Assembly (NCBI GenBank): GCA_964386865.1
Contig: CAYLUN010000011.1
Coordinates: forward strand, 12,058 to 76,057
Direction of reading: 5' to 3'
DNA length: 64,000 nt
Source: an uncultured Lentisphaeraceae bacterium
Lineage (GTDB): Bacteria; Verrucomicrobiota; Kiritimatiellia; RFP12; UBA1067
Below the pieces are notes generated by a model, which saw only the letters and a list, made by a program, of their open reading frames with translations, was not told the origin of the DNA and searched no databases. Shown here piece by piece: positions 41,866 through 50,182 of this stretch; within the stretch, counting starts at the first letter, position 1, and each line of letters begins with the position of its first letter. The position numbers and the translations under genes are program-made.

Positions 41866-43902
41866 ATGATGCGTTTGTTTGCGTTTTCTCTAACGGTTGC
41901 GCTCGCAGGTGCTCTCCCGGCGGCGTCTCGGGAGCGTCTGTCATATGCGGACTTGGTCGGGCGCATGACCGACCTCGAGCATTTAGCCGTGCTTCCGGAG
42001 CCGGGCGAGCGCGCCGCGATGTGGTCCAGCTGGGACCGCAGGGCGCGCTACGACGAGCAGGCTGCCCAGTACGTCGACTGGTCTGCGAACGGCGACGGAG
42101 ACGGTAAGATCCGCATGGAGGGCGAAGCGCAGGTGCTCGCCGAGATGGACGGCCCCGGCGTCATTTGGCGCATCTGGTCGGCCAAGCCCGAGCAGGGGCA
42201 GCTCAAGGTCATTCTCGACGGACAGGTCGCAATCGATATGCCCTTCGCGCACTACTTCGACGCCCAGCACGCGCCGTTCCTCTACCCGGCGCTCGGGTAC
42301 GAGTCGGCCCGCGGCAAGAATCTGTACGTTCCCATTCCGTATCAGAAGTCCTGCAAGGTTCTCGCCGAGAAGGGCTGGGGCAAGTACTACCAGATCACCT
42401 ACACGACCTATCCCAAAGACGCCGCGCTGCCGACATTCAACGTCGCGCTGTCGGAGGAGTCCGCTGCGGCGCTGAAGCGCGCGAACGAGTTTTTCGGCGC
42501 GCGTCTCGGAAACGACCCCGCCGGCGCCCGGGACGGCGAGAAGACCCTGCGCGCGAGCGTGAAGGTTAAGCCCGGAGCGGCCGTGACGGTCCTTGAACTC
42601 GGCGGACCGCGCGCAGTCACGGCGCTTCGCGTGAAAGCGTCCTTCGCCGGCCGCGAGGACGAGATGGCGGCCCTCCGGCAGATGGTTCTGCGCATCACGT
42701 GGGACGGGGCGGACACGCCCGCAGTCTGGTGCCCGCTCGGCGACTTCTTCGGGTCGGCGCCGGGCGTCAACCCGTACCTGTCGCTTCCGGCGGGGATGAC
42801 GCCGACGGGCGGGTACGCGCTCTGGTACATGCCCTTCGCCAAGCAGGCGCGGATCGAGCTGCTCAACGAGGGTGACGCGGAGCGCGAGGTCAGCTTCGCC
42901 ATCACCCACGCGCCGCTGGCGCGCCCCGTCGAAACCTACGGCCGCTTCCACGCCAAGTGGCACCGCGACGTGATGCCCGTGGCCCCCGCGCGCTGGCCCG
43001 ATTGGACGGTCGTGAAGACCGAAGGCCGCGGGCGGTTCTGCGGCATGATGGTGCATGTCTGGAGCCCGCGCGGCGGACAGTGCGAGCGCGTGAAAGAGGC
43101 CCACGGGCACTACTGGTGGGGCGAGGGCGACGAGAAGTTCTTCGTCGACGGCGAGAAATATCCGTCCACCTTCGGCACGGGCACGGAGGACTACTTCGGG
43201 TACGCCTGGGGCAACGGCACGCTTTTCGCCAAGCCCTACCACAGCCAGACCGTGTGCGAGGGTAACGCCGGGCACATTTCGCTGAACCGCTGGCAGATCG
43301 CGGACCAGGTGCCGTTCCAGACGTCGTTCGAAGGGTGCTTGGAGAAGTACTGGCCGAACGACTGGCCGGCCCTCTACGCGGCCGTGGCGTACTGGTATCT
43401 GTCTGCGGACGGCGAGGATCCGCACGGCGCGACGCCGGCGGCAGACCGCCACGGCTACTACTACCGCCCGCCGCAGTCTGCGGCCGGCTTCACCGTGCTC
43501 AAGAAGACCAAGGGCAACGTTCAGGGACAGGGGATGGGGCAGTACGGCGCTTCCACGTGGTCCAACGACGACCAGCTCTGGTGGACCGGCGCGGCGCCGG
43601 GCGACAAGCTGGATCTGGCTGTGAAAGTCGAGAAGGCTGGGCGGTACGCCGTCGGCGTGAACCTGACCCGGGCCGCCGACTACGCCGTCGTGCAGTTCCA
43701 CGTGGACGGCAAGGCGCTGGGCGAGCGGGCCGACCTCTTCAACAACGGCGTGATCCGCACGCCGCTCCTGCCGCTCGGCACGCTGGACCTTGCCGCCGGC
43801 GACCACGTGCTGACGGTCGAGATCGTCGGCGCGAACGACCAAGCGAAGAAGGCCTACATGTTCGGGATCGACGAGCTGTCGCTGAAGCCGTCCGAGCAGT
43901 AG
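41866..43902 (+). CDS. DUF2961 / GH172-like secreted glycoside hydrolase
   Basis: RBS AGGAGGT precedes the ATG at 41866, followed by a signal peptide. The N-terminal region (WDRRARYDEQAAQYVDWSANGDGDGKIRMEGEAQVLAEMDGPGVIWRIWSA) matches the DUF2961 consensus. Confidence 0.65.
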   Translation: MMRLFAFSLTVALAGALPAASRERLSYADLVGRMTDLEHLAVLPEPGERAAMWSSWDRRARYDEQAAQYVDWSANGDGDGKIRMEGEAQVLAEMDGPGVIWRIWSAKPEQGQLKVILDGQVAIDMPFAHYFDAQHAPFLYPALGYESARGKNLYVPIPYQKSCKVLAEKGWGKYYQITYTTYPKDAALPTFNVALSEESAAALKRANEFFGARLGNDPAGARDGEKTLRASVKVKPGAAVTVLELGGPRAVTALRVKASFAGREDEMAALRQMVLRITWDGADTPAVWCPLGDFFGSAPGVNPYLSLPAGMTPTGGYALWYMPFAKQARIELLNEGDAEREVSFAITHAPLARPVETYGRFHAKWHRDVMPVAPARWPDWTVVKTEGRGRFCGMMVHVWSPRGGQCERVKEAHGHYWWGEGDEKFFVDGEKYPSTFGTGTEDYFGYAWGNGTLFAKPYHSQTVCEGNAGHISLNRWQIADQVPFQTSFEGCLEKYWPNDWPALYAAVAYWYLSADGEDPHGATPAADRHGYYYRPPQSAAGFTVLKKTKGNVQGQGMGQYGASTWSNDDQLWWTGAAPGDKLDLAVKVEKAGRYAVGVNLTRAADYAVVQFHVDGKALGERADLFNNGVIRTPLLPLGTLDLAAGDHVLTVEIVGANDQAKKAYMFGIDELSLKPSEQ

Positions 43903-43933
43903 CCCCTGATGGGCGTGCCTCGCTGAGCAGGCT

Positions 43934-44338
43934 CTAAGCCGCGAAGGCTTTCTTGATGCGTGCGACGAGCTGCCGGTTCGTCATCTTGTCCGCCGTCAGC
44001 ACGGCGAAGACCCGCTTGGCCAGATGCCGTTTCTCCAGGCGCTTCATCAGCTCCTTCTTGGCCTCTCCGGGGCCCAAGACCACGATCTCGTCGGCCTGGG
44101 CGAGGCCGGCGATAACCGCATCGTAGAACGCGTTCAGGTGATTCTGGAAGGCTCGCAGGCGAACGCCGTCGGCGGGCACTTGATAGTCGTCGAAGGCGCC
44201 TTTGCGGGGCGCAGCTCCTGAGCGGCTCGGGTGTCTTTCCGTGGCCGAGATCGTCAGGCGGGCGCCGACCTCGTGACCCGTGGCGGACACGATGAGCGCT
44301 TTGCGATGATCGATCCACAAACCGACTCGGTTGTTCAT
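43934..44338 (-). CDS. Host-attachment-protein-like (PF10116) hypothetical protein
   Basis: AGGAGG RBS precedes the ATG at 44338. 134 aa. The family assignment (PF10116) is tentative and rests on overall resemblance only. Confidence 0.5.
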   Translation of the reverse strand: MNNRVGLWIDHRKALIVSATGHEVGARLTISATERHPSRSGAAPRKGAFDDYQVPADGVRLRAFQNHLNAFYDAVIAGLAQADEIVVLGPGEAKKELMKRLEKRHLAKRVFAVLTADKMTNRQLVARIKKAFAA

Positions 44339-44460
44339 GGGCTCCTCCTTTCCGAAGGTCACCACAGCGGTGGCCCATGATTAACGACTCACTTGACAGA
44401 TGATAGTGTAGGGCGCGGCGCCGGTTTCGTCAAGGAAACACGGCCTGAATAGGGGCATTC

Positions 44461-44692
44461 GGGTGCGATTGCAAACTATTGCAATCGCACAGAATTCAGA
44501 AGCCAGAAGCCAGAATTCAGGAGTTGGATGCCAACGAGTTATGTCCGATTCGCGCGAGATTCTTCCTGTCTCCTCTTTGGGAGACACCTTTTTGGGCGGC
44601 GCTTTCGTATGTAAGTCGTTGCGAAGCAATTCTGAATTCTGACTCCTGAATTCTGACTTCTGGGTGCGATGCAACGAAGTAAAATCGCACCC
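44461..44692. mobile_element. MITE-like element copy A (232 bp) with 10-bp terminal inverted repeats GGGTGCGATT/AATCGCACCC and 9-bp target-site duplication GGGGCATTC
   Basis: Near-identical to 45667-45898. The flanking 9-mer GGGGCATTC appears at 44452-44460 and again at 44693-44701. Internal palindromes are GCGATTGCAAACTATTGCAATCGC and GTCTCCTCTTTGGGAGAC. Confidence 0.75.
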
Positions 44693-44767
44693 GGGGCATT
44701 CTTGGCGCGCGGCCGGTTTTCGGCAAAAGGCTGTTCGGCGCCCCGGCCGCCTTGCGCCCGCTCCGCT

Positions 44768-45604
44768 CTACTCTGAGCCTGAGAGGTAGAGGAGCAGGCT
44801 GGTGGCGTTGAAGAGGGCGTGCATGACGATCGGCGTGAGGAGGGAGCCGGTTGAGGCGTAGGCGGCGGAGAGGGCGGCGCTGAGCGCCAGCAGCGGCAGC
44901 AGCGAAATCGCGTGGAGGTGAACGAGGCCGAAGTAGAGGCCCGTCAGCAGGGCGGCAGAGGCGAAGGCGCGGCCTTTGAGCAGCGCCGGAAAGAGGATGC
45001 CGCGAAAGAGGGTCTCCTCCACCAGCGGCGCGACGACTATCGCCGTGGCCATCAGGAACAGCCGCGTGCCGTTCGACACGCCGCTGTCGCTGAGCCAGTC
45101 GAACACCTCCTGCATCTTGGGCGCGTAGCCCAGGCCGTCGGCGACCGCGGCCATCACATGCGAGAGCAGCATCACCGGCGGGATGACCGCCAGCCCGTAG
45201 AGGACGCCCTTGCCCACCGCCCGGCGCGCCGTGCACGCCGCCGAGCCGAAGGCCTCCCGGACGGTCGACCGCGCGAGGTAGAGGCAGAGCGAAGCGGTCA
45301 GCAGTCCGGCCAGCGCGTAGACCACCGGCCCGAGGACGAGGGCCGTCTCCGTGGGAGTCGGCGGGTTCGGCTTCTGGAACAGCGCGGGCAGCACGAAGAA
45401 CAGCGTCGTGAACAGCGTCAGCTGGACGTGCGGGGCGGCGAAGGGCCGGCGCTCCAGTTCGGCGCGGGCCGGCAGGCTGGGATTCGTCAGGCGGCGCTGG
45501 AACAGGAACGCGAGGTAGAGGTCGATGGTTGCGCCCGCGAGCAGGATGAGCCCGGCCGTGGCGAAGGCCAAGAGGCGCAGCAGGTCGTGAGCGGTGTCGG
45601 TCAT
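44768..45604 (-). CDS. CPBP-family intramembrane metalloprotease (CAAX protease/Abi, PF02517)
   Basis: Motifs EETLFRG, FGLVHL and MHALFN sit in TM helices. The start is at the internal Met 45604 (MTDTAHDLL...). The upstream part of track ORF 44768..45907 runs through the MITE and is non-coding. Confidence 0.8.
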   Translation of the reverse strand: MTDTAHDLLRLLAFATAGLILLAGATIDLYLAFLFQRRLTNPSLPARAELERRPFAAPHVQLTLFTTLFFVLPALFQKPNPPTPTETALVLGPVVYALAGLLTASLCLYLARSTVREAFGSAACTARRAVGKGVLYGLAVIPPVMLLSHVMAAVADGLGYAPKMQEVFDWLSDSGVSNGTRLFLMATAIVVAPLVEETLFRGILFPALLKGRAFASAALLTGLYFGLVHLHAISLLPLLALSAALSAAYASTGSLLTPIVMHALFNATSLLLYLSGSE

Positions 45605-45666
45605 GCGGGTATTGTGCCCGGAGCGGGCGCGCGGGGCAATCAAAAACCGCAGGGGCGCATTTGCAA

Positions 45667-45898
45667 GGGTGCGATTGCAAACTATTGCAATCGCACAGAA
45701 TTCAGAAGCCAGAAGCCAGAATTCAGGAGTTGGATGCCAACGAGTTATGTCCGATTCGCGCGAGATTCTTCCTGTCTCCTCTTTGGGAGACACCTTTTTG
45801 GGCGGCGCTTTCGTATGTAAGTCGTTGCGAAGCAATTCTGAATTCTGACTCCTGAATTCTGACTTCTGGGTGCGATGCAACGAAGTAAAATCGCACCC
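45667..45898. mobile_element. MITE-like element copy B (232 bp), same TIRs, different 9-bp TSD CATTTGCAA
   Basis: Essentially identical to copy A. The TSD appears at 45658-45666 and 45899-45907. It lies in the divergent promoter region between the CPBP gene and the phosphomannomutase gene. Confidence 0.75.
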
Positions 45899-45963
45899 CA
45901 TTTGCAAGAGCCTGCCGTTTAGGCTACAATTGAGCTTTCAACAGACAACAAAGGAGCTGACGC

Positions 45964-47289
45964 ATGGCCGGTATTTTTAAGGCATACGACATCCGGGGAA
46001 TTTACGGCAAGGACCTGACCGACGAGATCGCCTACAAGATCGGCCGGGCCTTCGCGACCTTCACGGGCTGCAAGAAGGTGGTCGTGGCCCGCGACATCCG
46101 CCCGCACTCGGAGCCGCTCTTCGCGGCGCTGGCCAAAGGGCTGGCCGAGCAGGGCGCGGACGTGATCGACATCGGCTACGGCTCGACGCCCATGTCGTAC
46201 TTCGCCAACGGCACGCTCGGCGCGGACGGGAGCGTGATGATCACCGCGTCGCACAATACGGCCGAGTGGAACGGCTTCAAGCTCTGCCGCGCGCAGGCCG
46301 TGCCCATCAGCGGCGCGACCGGCATCCTGGATATTGAGAAGATCGTGGCCGAGGGCAGCTTCGCGCCCGCGGCCGCGAAGCCGGGCACGGTCTCGAAGGT
46401 CGACGTTCTGGCGCAGTACGCGCAGCACGTGGCGACCTTCGCGCATCTGAAGCACCCCGTGCACGTGGCGATCGACTTCGCGAACGGCATGGGCATCTGG
46501 GAGGTCAAGGCGCTCAAGGGCCTCATCACGTGGGACGGGCTCTTCGAGGAGCCGGACGGACGCTTCCCGAACCACGAGGCGAACCCGCTGCACCACGCGA
46601 CGCTGAGGGATCTGCAGGAGAAGGTGCGGGCGGGCACGTACGCGTTCGGCGTGGCGTACGACGGCGACGCGGACCGCGCGGGGTTCATCGACGAGAGGGG
46701 CGAGATCATTCCCATGGACCTGATCACGGCGCTGATCGCTCAGGACGTGCTGGCCACGCGCAAGGGCGCGATCTTCTACGACCTGCGCAGCAGCTGGGTG
46801 GTGAAGGAGGTCATCGAGGCCGCCGGCGGCACGCCGCTGATGAGCCGCGTGGGCCACGCCTTCATCAAGCAGCAGATGCGCGCGCACGACGCGCTCTTCG
46901 CGGGCGAGCTGAGCGGCCACTACTACTTCAAGGACAACTTCACGGCCGAGAGCTCCGCCCTGGCGATCCTCTCGCTGGCGAACATCGTCAGCAAGTCCGA
47001 CAAGCCCCTCTCGGCGCTGATCGCCCCGCTGCGCAAGTACTTCGCAAGCGGCGAGATCAACACGCACGTGCGCCGCGACCCCCAGACGATCCTGGACGAG
47101 ATCCGGGCGAAGTACACGGACGGCCGGATGTTCGAGCTGGACGGCGTGAGCGTCGAGTACGCGGACTGGTGGTTTAACGTGCGCTGCTCCAACACGGAGC
47201 CGCTGGTGCGCCTGAACCTAGAGGCGAAGACGAAGGCGACGATGGAAGCCAAGCGCGACGAACTGCTCGCGATCATCCGGAGGGGATAG
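45964..47289 (+). CDS. Phosphomannomutase/phosphoglucomutase (alpha-D-phosphohexomutase)
   Basis: N-terminal FKAYDIRG. Active-site loop TASHNTAEWNGFK. RBS AAGGAG. Confidence 0.85.
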   Translation: MAGIFKAYDIRGIYGKDLTDEIAYKIGRAFATFTGCKKVVVARDIRPHSEPLFAALAKGLAEQGADVIDIGYGSTPMSYFANGTLGADGSVMITASHNTAEWNGFKLCRAQAVPISGATGILDIEKIVAEGSFAPAAAKPGTVSKVDVLAQYAQHVATFAHLKHPVHVAIDFANGMGIWEVKALKGLITWDGLFEEPDGRFPNHEANPLHHATLRDLQEKVRAGTYAFGVAYDGDADRAGFIDERGEIIPMDLITALIAQDVLATRKGAIFYDLRSSWVVKEVIEAAGGTPLMSRVGHAFIKQQMRAHDALFAGELSGHYYFKDNFTAESSALAILSLANIVSKSDKPLSALIAPLRKYFASGEINTHVRRDPQTILDEIRAKYTDGRMFELDGVSVEYADWWFNVRCSNTEPLVRLNLEAKTKATMEAKRDELLAIIRRG

Positions 47290-47291
47290 CC

Positions 47292-48461
47292 ATGGTTAAC
47301 GAGAGCGTGTATAACGAGCTGCTGAAGAAGTACCGCGCGCACTTCGGCCGCGACCCGGAGGTCGTGTCGTATGCGCCGGGTCGCATCGAGGTGCTGGGCA
47401 ACCACACCGACTACAACGAGGGCTTCGTCTTCTCGGCGGCGATCAACTTCGGCACCTTCTTCGCGGCGTCGAAGAGCGCGTCGAACGCCTGCCGCCTCGT
47501 GGCGGGCGACCTGATGAAGGAGGTCGCCTTCGACGTCGCGGGCATCGAGGCCTCGACGAGTGACACCTGGCAGAACTATGTCAAGGGCACGCTGGCCGGA
47601 CTCTCGGCGGTCAAGGCGCCCGCGTGCGGGTTCGACGGCATGTTCTTGGGCAACATTCCCCTCGGCAGCGGGCTCTCCAGCTCGGCCGCGCTCGAGATGT
47701 GCACGGGCCTCGCGCTCAGCAAGCTTTACGGCATATCGGTCGACACCGTGACGCTGGCGAAGATCGGCCAGAAGGCGGAGCACGTCTACGCGGGCTGCAA
47801 GTGCGGCCTGCTCGACCAGATTTCGAGCCTCGCGGGCCAGGCCGGCAAGCTGGTCAAAACCGATTTCCGCTCCGTGGTCTACGAGACCGTCGAGATGGGC
47901 GCGGACGCCTGCTTCCTGATGTGCAACACGCACGCGAAGCACGCGCTGGTGGACGGCGCGTACAACAAGCTGCGCGAGGCGTGCGAGACCGCGGCCGCGC
48001 ACTTCGCCAAGGCCCTGCGCCACCCGGTGACCGCGCTGCGCGACGTGAGCATGGCCGAGTGGGCGATTTACAAGCGCGGCTTGCCCGAAGCGGTGGCGAA
48101 CCGCGCGGCGCATCCGATCGGCGAGGACGAGCGCGTGCTCAAGGGCGCGGAGCTGCTGGCCGCGGGCGACCTCGCGGGCTTCGGCCTGCTGATGTTCGAC
48201 TCGCACGAAAGCTCGCGCACGCTGTTCGAGAACTCCTGCGAGGAGCTGGACGCGGTGGTCGACGCGGCGAAGAAGATTCCCGGCGTGCTCGGCGCGCGCC
48301 TCTCGGGCGGCGGCTTCGGCGGCTCGGTGGTGGTGCTGGTGCACCCGCGCGACGCGGAGACGGCCTCGGCCGCGCTGGCCAACGCCTACGCCGCGAGGTT
48401 CGGCAAGCCGTGCGACGTGAGCGTGATCAAGCCCGCGGCCGGTGCGCACATCGTGAAGTGA
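47292..48461 (+). CDS. galK: Galactokinase (GHMP kinase)
   Basis: Galactokinase signature APGRIEVLGNHTDYN. GHMP ATP-binding motif PLGSGLSSSAA. Confidence 0.85.
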   Translation: MVNESVYNELLKKYRAHFGRDPEVVSYAPGRIEVLGNHTDYNEGFVFSAAINFGTFFAASKSASNACRLVAGDLMKEVAFDVAGIEASTSDTWQNYVKGTLAGLSAVKAPACGFDGMFLGNIPLGSGLSSSAALEMCTGLALSKLYGISVDTVTLAKIGQKAEHVYAGCKCGLLDQISSLAGQAGKLVKTDFRSVVYETVEMGADACFLMCNTHAKHALVDGAYNKLREACETAAAHFAKALRHPVTALRDVSMAEWAIYKRGLPEAVANRAAHPIGEDERVLKGAELLAAGDLAGFGLLMFDSHESSRTLFENSCEELDAVVDAAKKIPGVLGARLSGGGFGGSVVVLVHPRDAETASAALANAYAARFGKPCDVSVIKPAAGAHIVK

Positions 48462-48483
48462 GCGCGTCAGCGTCCGCAGGACG

Positions 48484-48550
48484 GTATGTTGTGCCGCCTT
48501 CAGGCGGCCCGAAGCTGTGACCGGGGCCGGCTGAAGGCGGTACAACATAC
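48484..48550 (+). terminator. Very long GC-rich hairpin (20-bp stem with one G-U pair, about 27-nt loop) downstream of galK; putative terminator/RNA structure (no T-run)
   Basis: GTATGTTGTGCCGCCTTCAG (48484-48503) pairs with CTGAAGGCGGTACAACATAC (48531-48550). Confidence 0.4.
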
Positions 48551-48595
48551 AGAGTCGCACGTGAGCGAAGACGTTCTGTTTGTTCAACAAAGGGA

Positions 48596-50035
48596 ATGGG
48601 GGCTGGCATGGGGCGTCGGGCATTGGGGGTCTGCTGCCTGCTGGCGGCGTGGGTCGCGGGCGCGGCGGATGCGCCGTTCATGGCTCTGCGTTTGGATGGC
48701 GGCCTCGCCGACAAACCCGAGTCGCTCAAGCCGGTTCTCGATGCGCTGGCGCGGTATCCGGCCTGTTTCGACGCGGTCGGGTTCGCCAAGGCGCCGGATA
48801 AGCCGGCCGTCGACGCCCTCCAGAAGCTGGGCCTGGCGACCGTGACGGCTGCAAGCCGTGCGAAGCCGGCCTTCCCGTTCAGCGACGATCATGCTCCGCG
48901 CGGCATGATCGGCAGCGCGCTGCTCTTCGCCGCAGGCCCGTCGCAGGACGTCGCGGCGCTCGGAGTCGGCCGCCAGTGCGCGTCGGGCAAGAGCGCCCAC
49001 GGGCTGTGCGTGGAGTCGATGCTGTCGCTGGCTTACGGTGCGGTCGGCCTCGAGTACGACTTGCTCTCCTACGGGCACGAGCCGGCGTCGTGGGTGGCGA
49101 ACACCTACCTGAGCGAGCTGACGCTGTGGCGGCCGTTCTATCTGGCGTACGCCCGGTACAATGCTGAGACCAAGCCCGGCGGCGTCTTGCCGTTCTGCGG
49201 CAAGCAGGGCCAGCCCGAACTCGCGGGCACGCTCAAGGCGGCCGACGCGCTCGCGCCGTCCGGGATGCCGCTGTGTCCCGGCTCGCCGTGGCCGGTGTGT
49301 TACATCCTGAATGCGGCGTCGGCGCAGAGCATGACCGCGGTGGACGTCCAGCGCGTGCTGTCGGGCGGCGTGCTGCTCGACGGCGGGGCGGTGGCGACGC
49401 TCCAGGCGCGCGGCTTCGGCGCGGCGCTGCAGCTGACCGCCGCGGCGCGCGAGCCGGACGTGTGCGAGGTCTTCACGGACGACGAGCTGAACCTCAACCG
49501 GGTCAACTACGTGTGGCGTCCGGATGCGCCGAAGGAGGAGACGTTCGCGCTCTGCCCGTCCAACGAGTCGGCGCGGGTGATCGGGCGCTACCAGCGGGCG
49601 GACGGCAGCTCGGCCGAGGCCGCGTCGGTGGTGTACGAAACCCCGGCGGGCGGCCGCATCGCGGCGTTCGGGTTCGCGGGGTTCGGCGCGGAGGTCAGCG
49701 CGGCTCGGCGCCGGCAGCTGCTGCTGGCGGCGGACTGGGTGGCGCAGAACCGGCTGCCGGTGTTCGTCGAGACCGCGTCGCAGGCGGTCGTGGTGCCGCG
49801 CGTGACCCTGGCGGGCGACCTGCGGAGCGTGACGGTGCTGAACGCGAGCATCGACGCGCAGCAGCCGGTGACCCTGCGCCTGCGCGGCTGTCCCGAGGGC
49901 CTCGAGCGCATGGAGTGGCTGATGCCCAAGGAGAAGCCGGTCACGGTCGCCGTGCGCTGGGAGGCGAAGGACGCGCTGGTGACCCTGCCCGCGGTCGGCC
50001 CGTGGCAGATCGGCTGGCTCCGCGCGGCGGAGTGA
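48596..50035 (+). CDS. Secreted hypothetical protein
   Basis: Signal peptide RRALGVCCLLAAWVAGAADA. No recognised motifs. The alternative start ATG 48608 has better RBS spacing. Confidence 0.5.
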   Translation: MGAGMGRRALGVCCLLAAWVAGAADAPFMALRLDGGLADKPESLKPVLDALARYPACFDAVGFAKAPDKPAVDALQKLGLATVTAASRAKPAFPFSDDHAPRGMIGSALLFAAGPSQDVAALGVGRQCASGKSAHGLCVESMLSLAYGAVGLEYDLLSYGHEPASWVANTYLSELTLWRPFYLAYARYNAETKPGGVLPFCGKQGQPELAGTLKAADALAPSGMPLCPGSPWPVCYILNAASAQSMTAVDVQRVLSGGVLLDGGAVATLQARGFGAALQLTAAAREPDVCEVFTDDELNLNRVNYVWRPDAPKEETFALCPSNESARVIGRYQRADGSSAEAASVVYETPAGGRIAAFGFAGFGAEVSAARRRQLLLAADWVAQNRLPVFVETASQAVVVPRVTLAGDLRSVTVLNASIDAQQPVTLRLRGCPEGLERMEWLMPKEKPVTVAVRWEAKDALVTLPAVGPWQIGWLRAAE

Positions 50036-50182
50036 GCGCGTGCGCGGGCTGAAAGCTGAACGCAAGGGCGCTAGGATGCAAGGGTGCTAGGGGTGCGGTT
50101 TAGGCGGGATTCGACAGGGCATGATTCTTGACGGGGTACGGGCGATCTGATATTTTTTGACATGTTAAAAACGGGGGTCAAG

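Noticed and set aside
44381-44674. 97-aa ORF (MHRTQKSEFRSQNSELL...) present in both MITE copies; also the long N-terminal extension of ORF 44768..45907
   Set aside because: It lies entirely inside the inverted-repeat-rich MITE body, and its translation is dictated by the palindromic repeats. The CPBP protease has a clean internal start at 45604. No RBS is present.
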